64,000 nucleotides of DNA. Source: Camelus dromedarius (lineage: Eukaryota). The notes beneath the pieces are model-generated. The model made no database searches and was not told the DNA's origin. It was given only the letters and a program-made list of their open reading frames with translations. The DNA lies in the NCBI RefSeq assembly GCF_036321535.1, contig NC_087436.1, positions 86,306,001-86,370,000 on the forward strand, in the 5' to 3' direction. Shown in pieces: positions 49,955-60,961 of this stretch. A program made the translations under genes and the position numbers. The stretch's first letter is position 1, and the number at the start of each line of letters is the position of its first letter.

Positions 49955-51695
49955 TCCACAGAAGAGTCTTACCTTCACAGTGGTAAATAATTAGTTCTGA
50001 AATGACTACTCTCTGGCTCTAGTTAACAAATCTTAAAGAAAGATCCCAAAAGACCAGACTCTTTCCATCTGACTTAATTGTGCCCAAGAACATGCTCAAG
50101 ATATTTATAGGAGTATAAAAATATTCAGCACCCAACAAGAAAAAACTTGGAATGACTACCATTCAAAAAAAGATATCAGTCATGCAAAAAAGCAGAAAAA
50201 TATAGCCCATAATGGGGAAAAAGAAATCAGCCAATTGCAAATGACCCAGAACTGACAAAGATGTTAGAATGAACATTCAAAGATATTAAGAAAGTAATTA
50301 TCACTTAAAACATATGTTCAAAAGTTAAATAAAGACATGGTTGGTATAAGAGACCCAAATAGAACATCTAGAGATGAAAACTATAATGCATGGTTAAAAT
50401 ACACCAGGATTAGCAGCAGATTAGATGTTGCAGAAGAAAACATTTGTAAAGCTGAAGACATAGCAATAGAAACTATCCACAATGAAACACTGAAAGATAA
50501 AATAATTTTTAAAAATGAAATAAGCATCAATGATCAGTGGGAAAACTTCAAGCAGCCTAATATATGTGTAATTGGAGTCCCCAAAAGAAATAGGGGAAAG
50601 GGATAAGGTATATTTGAATAAATAATGACTGAAAAATTCCCAAATTTGATGAAAATTATCAACCCACAGATCTAAGAAGGCCAATTAACCCCAAGTGCAA
50701 GAAACAAGAAGAAAACTAGACAAAGTAATGTCATAATCAAATTATTCAAAACCAATGTTAAAAAAAAAAAGAGGATAAAGAGACACTATGTACTGAGGAG
50801 CACACACAAGAATGACAGCAGATATTCTTTCTAAGAATTACAAAACAGAAGGAATTTATCAGCGGCAGACCTGGCACTACAAGGTATGTTAAAGGAAGTC
50901 TTTCAGGCAGAAGGAAAATGGCATCAGATGGGAAAAGAATATACATGAAAGAATGGAGAGCACTGGTAATGGAAACTACATAAGTAAATATATAGAGATT
51001 TTTTTTCTTATTTAAGTCTCTTTAAAAAACTATTGTTTAAAAAATAACAGTGTAACATGGGGTTGGTAATATAAATAAAAGCATAATGTATGACAACAAT
51101 AGTATAAAGGTTGAGAAAGAAATGGAAGTATACCCTTGTATGGTTTTTATACTATATGTGAAGTGGAATAATGTCACCTGAAGGTAGAATATAAGAAGTT
51201 AAAGATGGATACTATAACCTGTAATGCAACAATTGCCATAACACAACAAAGAGTTATAGATAAAAAGATAAAATGGAATCAATTCAAAAGAAGTAAAAAA
51301 AAAAAAAAAGGATCAAAAATGAAACAAAGAACAGATAGGATGATAGATTTCCAACCATATCGATAATCACATTAAATGTAAATAATTTAAATATCCCAAC
51401 TAGAAGGCAGAGGGAAAAAAAGACCCAAAAATACACTGCCTACAAAAAAATGCACTTTAAATATGAAGGACAAATAGATAAAAAATTTAAAAAAGAGGGA
51501 GAAATGTATACCAAGTTAGCACTAATCAAAAGAAAGCTTGAATCATCATATTAATAGTCAATGGATTTCAGAGCAAAGGATATTTTGAGTGATGAAGAAA
51601 GTCATTTCATAATGATAAAGGACTCAATTCATCAAGAAGACATAATTTTAAATGTTTAGTCACCTGATAACATAGCCTTGAAATACATGAAGCAG
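49955..51695 (+). mobile_element. Old L1M 5' part: ORF1, inter-ORF spacer and start of the ORF2 endonuclease
   Basis: ORF 50337..50606 has SRLDVAEENICKAED...WENFKQPNICVIGVP (ORF1p coiled coil/RRM entry). Near 51358, atatcgataatcacattaaatgtaaat encodes ISIITLNVN, the ORF2p endonuclease N-terminus. Confidence 0.88.
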
Positions 51696-54217
51696 GAAGC
51701 TGGGAGGGAATTTTGAAATTATTTGCTTCCTCTCCCCTTTTTCTTTCTTCTGGTTACCCTCCCTCCCTCTATTCCTTCCTTTCTGCCTTTTGCCTTCCTT
51801 CTTCCTTCCTTTCTTTTTATTACATCCTCTTATTTCTTCTTCTCCTTCCCTTCTTCTTCCTTTCACAAGTGAGGAAACTGATGCCAGAAGTAGTACTTCT
51901 GCAGAGGAACACGTCCAGGGAGAAGCAGAGCTGGGTCTAAGATCCAGGTCCTCCAACTTCTTATCTAGGACGCTTCCCTCCTCACTGCACTTTACTGAGC
52001 TTGAATAAACACTGTCTTGATACATTAACAACTCTTAAAGTGAAGGTATTAATGATGCATAAATAAACAGATGGAAAACAAAAGTGTGACCTAGACACTG
52101 TTCCTCATTTGTTGACAGCTGATTGGCATCAACTAGCACAGAAGCCAAACAAAAGTTTGAAAAGAAAACTGGGGAAACTCTTGTCCTGTTACTTGGGAAT
52201 TTCTCATTGAATTTCTGCCTTCAGGAGAAGCCTGAGAAACTTGACATATGAATCCTTAGTAGGCATTTTACCTTCCTGACACTGAATGGGCAAGGTCCCC
52301 TTAAGTATAGTACTTTATCTGAGTGAATATTCTGGTGACCATAGGCTGCCTCCTACATGTACTGTCAGTGTGCCCAGTGGCCCAGGTCTGCCAACTGGCC
52401 CATGAATTCTCATGGAAATCAATTACCAGCTGAGCAAGAGCTATGGGAGTCTCTGAGTGCTGACCCGTGCACTGGGATGAAGGCAATCAAACACAGGGTC
52501 ATCTGGGGTCAAGCCCAAGGCTTTGGATAGCCATTTGTCACTTGGAATTGGGCAGGGAACCATAAACACAAGAGACAGTGAGTGAAGTTAACTAATTATA
52601 CACAACTGTGGCCACAGCTTGGCCTGATCAGACAGGGCAAGACAGAGACAGTGAGAATGCAAAGGGATGTTTAAAAACGTAGCCTTCCCTGGCCAGAAAT
52701 GGTGCAGCCAGTGCTGGAAAGACAGGAGTAGGAGTTAAAGCAGCCCAGTCTTCAATTTGGAGGCCACGAAAAACCGCCTTGGAAAGGAGTGGTGGGTAAT
52801 TTCAAGGCTCCCTGACAATTAAACCAATGAGAGCTGCGTTATGTCAGCCTGAGGTAACTATCATGACAGTCAGAGTCAAAAACAGAAGCCTCTAAAAAAT
52901 GCTTCTCCACTGACTAGTAACTCTGAGATAATGTAATCCACAATTCTATGGAAGAGAGGTTGGCTGCTGGACAGTCAATCTGATGGGCTTAGCCATCTCA
53001 TTTATTTTTACATATGAGGGAAGGTGGAAATAAAACTATCCAACAATGGTGTGCCAAAACAAGAGTCATGAAGACTTTGGAGTTAAGCAGATATGAGTTC
53101 AAATTTCATCTCAACCACTAGAAACTATGTGACTAGGATCAAACTAATCAATTTTTCTTAGCCTCAGTTTCCTTAGCCATGAAGGGGGATGATGACATGT
53201 ACCTCACAGGAGTGTTGTAAAAGCTAGGAATAGTATACACATGTTCGTGTAGCAGGAGTTGGTAAAATTGTCCTCCCCGTCCTTCTCATCACCATCATTA
53301 CCATTTTTATCACTTGGATGACTTTGGGCAAGCTGCCTTCCTTCTTTGCCTTTAGTTTTTTGGTCAGCATAGAAAAGCTAGGGGCATAATCCTGGTCATT
53401 AGACGAAGCTGTGCCACCTTAGATGCTAAACCAGAGATACAAGCTGGGAATGAAGACCAGAATCCTCTCTCTCCTGTGGGGCATATAGCACTGCCTTCCC
53501 TTCCACCATGTGGTAAAGGGGGTTCTGACACTTGCAATTTCTGAGATTAAGTGTGAAGTTGCCAAGGCCAGGCTTCTGCATTTTATACACACAGAGCTAG
53601 TTCCTCCTGCCTGAAGCTATGTATCTGTCCTCTGTTTGACTAGAAGAACTGAAAGCACCCACAATTAAATATATTTAGTTAAATATCTACCAGAAGCAAT
53701 ATGTCAGCTAGTCAACTGCAGCTCAACTCATCTACTACATAATTATTACACATACATTATATTTGATTTTGATGATGGATTTTGGAAGCAGCTGGGTATG
53801 TCTGCAAAGGAATCCTACTCAACAAGGGTAGTTTGACCTGCCTGTAATTTCCAGTAGGATTCTACCCTTTATACAATAAACATAAAAACAAGTCTCAAAA
53901 GCAGCTCCAAACTCCAAATAAGAGACACGATTGTCACCTCCCCAACCCCTTGCTGCCTTGTTTATTTCACACTTCTGCTGGATGAGGTAGAAACTCTTAT
54001 CCTAATCGTGCCAGCTAAAATTTGGATCGGGCATCTCTCTTTTTTTTTCTTAACATAAAAATAATACCACGATTAATGCCTCATGTTTTTCTTCCTGAAA
54101 GGAGAAAGTAGTTGCTGTTGAAAACTTTGTCCTCCACGTACTGCTTCCTGACATGAAGTTTTTGCAGAAGTTCCATGGTGGAAAGTGTCACGAGGAGAGA
54201 CTGAAGGTTTGGAGTAC

Positions 54218-54738
54218 TGTATGAGTCAGGATTTTTCAGAGAAACAGAACCCATAAGAAAGAGATTTACTATCAGGAATTGGCTCATGCAATTTGTCAGC
54301 TCATGCTGACAAATCCCAAGATCAGTGATTGGCAAGCTGGGGACCCAAGAGAGTGGATATGCGGTTCTACCAAATTTGAAGCCCTGAGAACCTGCAGAGC
54401 CAATGGTGTAAGTTTCAGTCTAAAAGCCAGCAGGCTCCAAACCCAAGAAGAGCCAATGTTTCAGTTCAAGTCCAAAGGCAGAAATAAACCAATCTCCCAG
54501 CTTGAGGGTAGTCAAGCAAGTGGAATTCCCTCTTATTCAGTAGAGGGTCAGCCCGTGGCCTTCAACTGATTGGATGAGGCCCACCCACATTAGGGAGGGT
54601 AGTCTGCTTTACCCAGTCTATTGATTGACATGTTAATCTCATCCAAATACTCCCACAGACATATTCAGAATAATATTTGACCAAATATCTGGGCACCTCA
54701 TGGCCCCATCAAGTTGACACACAAAATTAACCATCATG
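54218..54738 (-). mobile_element. ERVL solo LTR (MLT2-like)
   Basis: tgtatgagtcaggatttttcagagaaacagaacc...ggaattggctcatgcaatt...actgattggatgaggcccacccacatt...caagttgacacacaaaattaaccatca. Confidence 0.9.
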
Positions 54739-57014
54739 GGGACATATGGGCCTACCTTATCTGATGATTTTAGTTAGTACAAGAAAGTGGCAGCATGGTG
54801 AGGCAGAAGATTTGTGCTGTAAAGTCAGTTGGACCAAAGGTCACATTCGCCTGTGCCTCTTATTACTCCATCAGTTTTAATTGTCACAGTAACATGTAGA
54901 TAATTATTGCACAACGTTTTAAGTTTAGCTGAGATTATATATATATACAACCTCTAGTAAGCAGTAAATACTTACTGCTGTTATGATTGATAATAATCTA
55001 TGATGATGTTAATAAAATCAGATGTGTAGTCTTTACCTTATTTGTTGTATTCTCTTCCATATACAGTTTTCCTTACCCTAACATTAGCAAGAGCCCATGG
55101 TAAGCTCGAATTTGCCATTTCTAAATCCACTGCTTAGTTTCCCACACTGCAGGAGATGGGATGCCTTTCTAGCCACCACCCTTGGTTGAAGGACAAGGCC
55201 ATTTAATCAACTACAGGCTTAATATCTAGGGACTGTGAAACTCTCATAGGCCAGAAAATGTGTTTTAATTTGGAAAAAAAAAATTTGGTTCTAAAATATA
55301 TAAAGAAATCTGCAAAATTGCAGTTAAAATGTTTAATTAAATATCTATAAAGAGGAATGATATGTCAGTCATATGGAACTCAATTCATCTGTTATTTGAT
55401 GGAAATTATATTCAATGATGGATGTGGATGCATTGTAGGATGTCTGCTTTGATGTGGGGTGGAGCCTCCTAAAGGAGGAATGCTTAGGGTGTATGAAGGT
55501 CTTAAAATAACCCTCACAAAGACTGGGGAATGTGCATTTGCCAGAAATGGTGAGCAATGGAGGACATTTGGAGAGAGGAATATGGGGGGAATTGGAGACT
55601 GACCGGGTGTGCAGGCCATCGGCTGTGAGGCTCGTGAGTGCTGGAAAGTGGGGTGGTTCTGGAGACACAGTGTGGACAAAGTGGAGTAATGGAAACCCTC
55701 TGATGGTCCTACCACCAGTAGTTTCCCCACTGCAGCATCTAAGTCAGTGGAAAGATTCTCTGCCTGAGCATCTTTCAGCAAGTAGGTCAGGGAAAACCGT
55801 CAGATGGAGAAGCAAGAAGTAACTGCCGACAGGCCAAACCACAAATAACTCTAGCTGAATATGAACAATTAAGCTGGAGCTGATGCAAAGAGCAATTCCA
55901 GCTCCAGTCATTCGCTTGTCTTTTCCTAGATCATCATTGATACTCCCCGTTTTATTCCCTTTCTCTGGCTCTCGTGCCATAAGCCATCTTCGCTGAGCAG
56001 AGGGCTAGGCTCTGCCAACAAAAAACCAGACAGACTGAGCTGGCAGGGACTTTCCACCTTTGGGTGATGAGTGGTGCATGGGCTCCTTGGGAAGAGGAGG
56101 TGACAATCATGAGCCAGGGTGACTCTCCTGCAGCCAGGCATCTCCCCACATTGCCATCTGCGTACTCATCATCAATGGAGAAGGAAATCCCACTACCAGG
56201 AGAGGCGGGGAGTGAGTGGCTGAGATGGCAAAGAGAGAGAAGAGTGGCTTGCCTAGGTATGCCTGACTCTACCAAGCAGGACAAAAATGACCAAACGAGG
56301 GGGGTAGGGCCATCCTCTCTGTGTTATTAGATAGCTTGTCATTGCATGGACAACTGGACCAAAACCTCATTACCCTTGGGGGAGCCTTACCCTCCTCAGA
56401 CAAAACAAATAAGGGTCAATTGATAGAACTGACCCCAAGCAACCATAAATACCAGGGCCCTGTTTGCTGATTTCCTTTGATCCTCTCTCAGTGCCAAATG
56501 GCATGTGGTTAGCTTGGCAAAGTTCATATTTGTTATTGAGAGATTTTCTTGTCTGTTTCAGAGACTTCCTCTCCAGGCTAACCACCTCAGGTTCCCAGCT
56601 TTTGCTTAGGGGAAACATTTATTATTTATTTTAACCAACCCTCACGTAGCCCTTGCTATGGGACAAACATGATTCTTGGTACATTACAAATGCCAAACTA
56701 TTTTATCCTCATAACAGCTCCATGAGATGAGCATCTGTAATACTATCATTTCCATTTTAGAGAAGGGGTGAAAATGGAACAGAGAGGTTAAGCAACTTTT
56801 CCAAGGTCACTCTGCTCCTGAGAGGGAGAATGAGGCTTTGGGTCTTGCCATCCCTCAGCCATACTCCATACTGCCTCATTTCCCTGACTGCGGCTTTCCC
56901 CAGACTCTCTCAAGCTTGTGGGATATAAAGTTAGTCATGACGTGGTGCTAATGACCATTTGGCCTGCACTGGTTATGAGAAAGCGGCCCTGCTCAGCCCC
57001 ATCGCTGTTCACTG

Positions 57015-57285
57015 TTTTAATTTTTATTTTTTATTAATTTTGTTTTTTATTGAAGTGTAGTTGATTTACAGTGTTAGTTTCAGGTGTACAGCAAAACGAT
57101 TCAGTTATACATGTACATACATGCATATATATATTTTCAGATTCTTTTTCATTATGTTATTACAAGAAATTGAATATAGTTCCTTGTGCTATACAGTAAG
57201 TCCTTGTTGTCGATCTATTTTATATATAGTAATATATAGTATCTGTTAATCCAAAACTCCTTATTTATTCCTTCCCACCCGCCCC
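57015..57285 (-). mobile_element. Short L1 3' end (same type as 35294)
   Basis: ttattgaagtgtagttgatttacagtgttagtttcaggtgtacagcaaaacgattcagttatac...aatatagttccttgtgctatacagtaagtccttgttg. Confidence 0.85.
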
Positions 57286-57560
57286 CATCTCTGTTCTTAA
57301 ATTCTGGTAGCAGCTTGGCTTTAAGCTTGGGATTCTCCTTATGCCCCTGTTTTTCCATACCCCTCTGTTCAGACCATATCAGAAAACTTGCAGAAGAAAC
57401 CAAGGTAGACCAGGGTGAGGAGGTCTACACCAGCAAGAAGAGCAAGGTGGCAAGACACCTGTCCCTGTCCATGAACCGAGACCTTAGTTGGATGCTTTGA
57501 TCGTTTTCATTTGCTTGTTTACTTATAAGTGTCAGAAATAATGGACTGGTTCATTTAAGC

Positions 57561-57690
<130 letters not shown>

Positions 57691-59449
57691 TGTTGGGAGG
57701 ATTCTGGGTGATTCATAGGCTCAAGGAAGTGTTGACTTATTTGACCAATTAGGCCTCAGAAAGGACTAGAAACACGGCAGCCTTGGAGATTTTGATAGCA
57801 GGACCCATGAATGGTCTTCTAGGGTGCTCATAAGAAATATACTCACTCCAAGTATTCCCCATCCTTGTGTCATTCCAGTAAAGATTTCTACTCCCTGCAA
57901 AGGGAATCTGATTGGAATAGGTCCAGCCGCAGGGAAAGCTCCTGGTCAGGCTGTGGGCGTGGCATACGGAATGAGGGAAGGAGAGCTCATCAGAGGAGAG
58001 CCGGGAAGGAAGACCAGATGCTGGGCAGGCACGACCAGCAGTGGTCCACTCACAGCCCAGTGCCCTCCACGGCCGATCCTCCGCATCTCTGTGTCCTCAT
58101 CCTGCTGAAGGCCTCGACTCCTGCCAGCTCCCCATCTGTCTGTCTCTGATTCCAGCCTGTTGAACTGATCCTCATTCCTCTCTGTTTCCTACCTTGATGG
58201 TTTGGTCTTGGTGCTCCCAGCCCCCACTATGCACTGCTTACCATGGTCTCACCGTGCCTTTGTGGGAGGGTCTCACACAGATTTTACTCCTCTTCTTCTT
58301 GTATTTGTACCTGTTGGGCATTACCAATTTTTGTTCTGTAATTATTAACACTTAAATGACATTTTCAGCGATGTTATCTCATTTAATCTTCTCAAACCCC
58401 CTATGAAGTCGGCAGAGCAGATAACATTTCCACCGCCTTGTAGAAGAGCAAAAGAGGGTTTAGATAGTCACTAGGCTGGCTCCGTCACAAAGGAATTAAG
58501 AAGCAGGCTATGGTACTAAAGTTTAGGACTTCCAGTTTCGCAATTCTGAGTTGCTGACCATTTCTCCAAGTGTTGTGGTTTCCAGGTTGCTATGCATCTC
58601 CCCAGAGTGGTATCTTTGATGAATTTAATAAATATCCTCTTATTTTTGAAAAAGGAAACAGAATGAGCAAAAAAATGGTAGAAGGCAGGAGGCAGTTTCC
58701 TCTGCTGAACATCTCTCGTGGTCAGACAGGAGTGATGTGTGTTCCTGTCTGGGTGTTCAGAGTATTTTGTGTTTCATTCATAGGGCATTCCTTTTTTAAT
58801 CTCTTGAAAAATAATCCCTATTTTTCCAGTAGGTGAACAGGATCCACCTCTCCTTGGGGCCGTTCTTCAGCTGACACCTACGGCCACGTCGTATTTCCTT
58901 CAGCCTTCAGACGAGAGTCCCCTTGCCATTTAGACCTCTGTCAGCACCAGTGGACGGCGAAGCACAAGTGATAAATAGGTTGTGATGATCAGTCTTGTCA
59001 AACTCCAGTCCCCACAGAGTTGGTTCAAGTGGGCTGGTTTTCCAAAACTAGTTTAGCAGACACAGCAGGGTATCTGGGAGGCCAGCAAGGATCTTCAATG
59101 CTAACTTGAGATGATCTCAGGGATTCTACTAGTGCCAAGGTCCTGGGTGTGTGACTACTTCTACACTACCTATTAGGTTACATTACTTAGGGAAATAGCT
59201 ATGAATTCATTTATTCATTCAAAAGATATTTACTAAGGGCTAGCTGTGTACCAGGTGCTGTTCTAGGGGCTGGAGTGAACAATTTAAATTCCTTGCTCCC
59301 ACTCAACAATCAGGTACCTATAAATATGTGAGAGTGATTAAGTGTGTGTATGTACCTCTATGTAGGTGGAAAGGTCCTTCAATATCTTAAGATAGGAGTC
59401 ATGGATTCAAGTGCTTTCATAGTCCAGGTGTTAAGGAAAGCGAGGCCAA

Positions 59450-59880
59450 GGGTGTGCTATTAGCACAACACAACACCCCCATATTTAGTGGCTTCAGACA
59501 ACAATGATTTAATAGTAGAACTTGGGTTGGGCTCAGCTTTGTATTTCTCCCTCTGGTCCCCTCTGGGCTCATTCATGTGGCTGTAGTCAGCTGGTGGCTC
59601 AGCTGGGGTGCGAGGGTCTAGCATGGCCTCCCTATCTGGGCTAATCCTGGGTTACTGGCCACAGTGTTCAGTTCACCTCCCCATGGCCCCTCCAGCCCTC
59701 ACATGCAAGTACTCATCGAGCTTTTGCTTGGGCTTACATTTGCTCTGGTCCTATTGACCAAAGTTAGTCACATGGGCAAGCCCGGAGTCACGAGAGTATG
59801 AAGGTGACAATGAAAGGGCAGGGTGCCAAGAGGCACAGACACCCATGGCCGTGACTTCAGCAATCTGCCCAGATACCACA
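59450..59880 (-). mobile_element. ERVL-MaLR LTR (MLT1H/I-like)
   Basis: ttagtggcttcagacaacaatgattt...tgggctcagct...tcctattgaccaaagttagtcacatgggcaagccc...taccaca. Confidence 0.75.
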
Positions 59881-60900
59881 CAATAGGCAGAGGAGAGCAT
59901 GTGAGCAGCTGACCACTGAGCCTCTCCAACACGGAGCAGTGACCACCCAGCCCCACATTCCAGAGGGAGCAGAGGCCTGGGGTAGCCAGACCTCTGGAAT
60001 TGTAAACAGAGGCCAGTAATCCAGATTTATGTACATTTTTCTGCTTAAAATATTGTTGGTTAATGCAGAATTTTAAAATCCACTGTGAGCAATGCAAAAC
60101 ACTTTCATGGGCTGAATTTGACTCAGCAGCCCCCAGTCTGTGCTTTCTGTCATTGGAAGTGACACACCCTGGTGGAAAGTGAATTTGTTCTTAAACATTT
60201 GGAGTTTCCAAATAGTAAAACTGTAAAAAAGAGAGGATTATCATTTTTTATTTTCACTAAGGAATTAAAAAAAAAATCAACTACCATCTATTACCCTCTG
60301 ATTTTATAAAAGAAAGTTAAGCACACAAAACTAGCAAAGACATGAGTTCAGAATAAATGCATAGTTCTTAAGTTATGATGGAATCTTACATAATGTTTCT
60401 AATTTCTTTAATTCTAATTCATATTAACTCTTTATCACATACAATTTTGAAATCACCACAGCTTAATTTCTTTAATCAAAATGAACATTTAGCATTTTTC
60501 TTTCCCCTGATGTTATTACACAACTATTTGTTTTTTGTTTTTTTTTTTATAAAAGATGACATAGAATTAAGGAAATCATGACATTGTCCTTATTTTTCTC
60601 ATTTTCTCATGAATTGGTGAAAGTTGTGTTATGTGCGTGGACTGGTGTCTGGGAACTACCGGCGCCGCAGACTCAGCGCTGGCTGTGGAATCATGGATCT
60701 GAGTTTTAATCCTGGCTTTACTCTTTACTACTTTTTACCTCTTTGAGCGCAGTTTCATCATCTGTAAGCTGGAAATAATAATAATAATACATACTTATGG
60801 ATTAGGATAATATAAACTGCCCTGCAATACCAGGCACATAATCAACACTCAGTACATGGTAGCTATCGGCCACTTTCTGTTCAGGGAGTCAAGGGGCTGG

Positions 60901-60961
60901 TACAGCAGGTGGGTTGGTTGAATCTGCGGATGCGGAACGGCGGACGCAGGGTGCCGAGGTA
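60901..60961. mobile_element. Tiny TcMar-Tigger terminus (MER2/MER8-like)
   Basis: ggttggttgaatctgcggatgcggaacggcggacgcagggtgccgaggta resembles the Tigger end ggttggttgaatccgcggatgcggaacccgcggatacggagggccgactgta. Confidence 0.6.

Noticed and set aside
55874..55907. Hairpin CTGGAGCTG...CAGCTCCAG as a possible pre-miRNA
   Set aside because: The core stem is only 9 bp in 34 nt, too short for a Drosha substrate, and I recognise no mature miRNA.
57315..57500. Exon-like frame DHIRKLAEETKVDQGEEVYTSKKSK after TTCAG
   Set aside because: No recognisable protein. It is sandwiched between repeats, and its splice signals are unremarkable.
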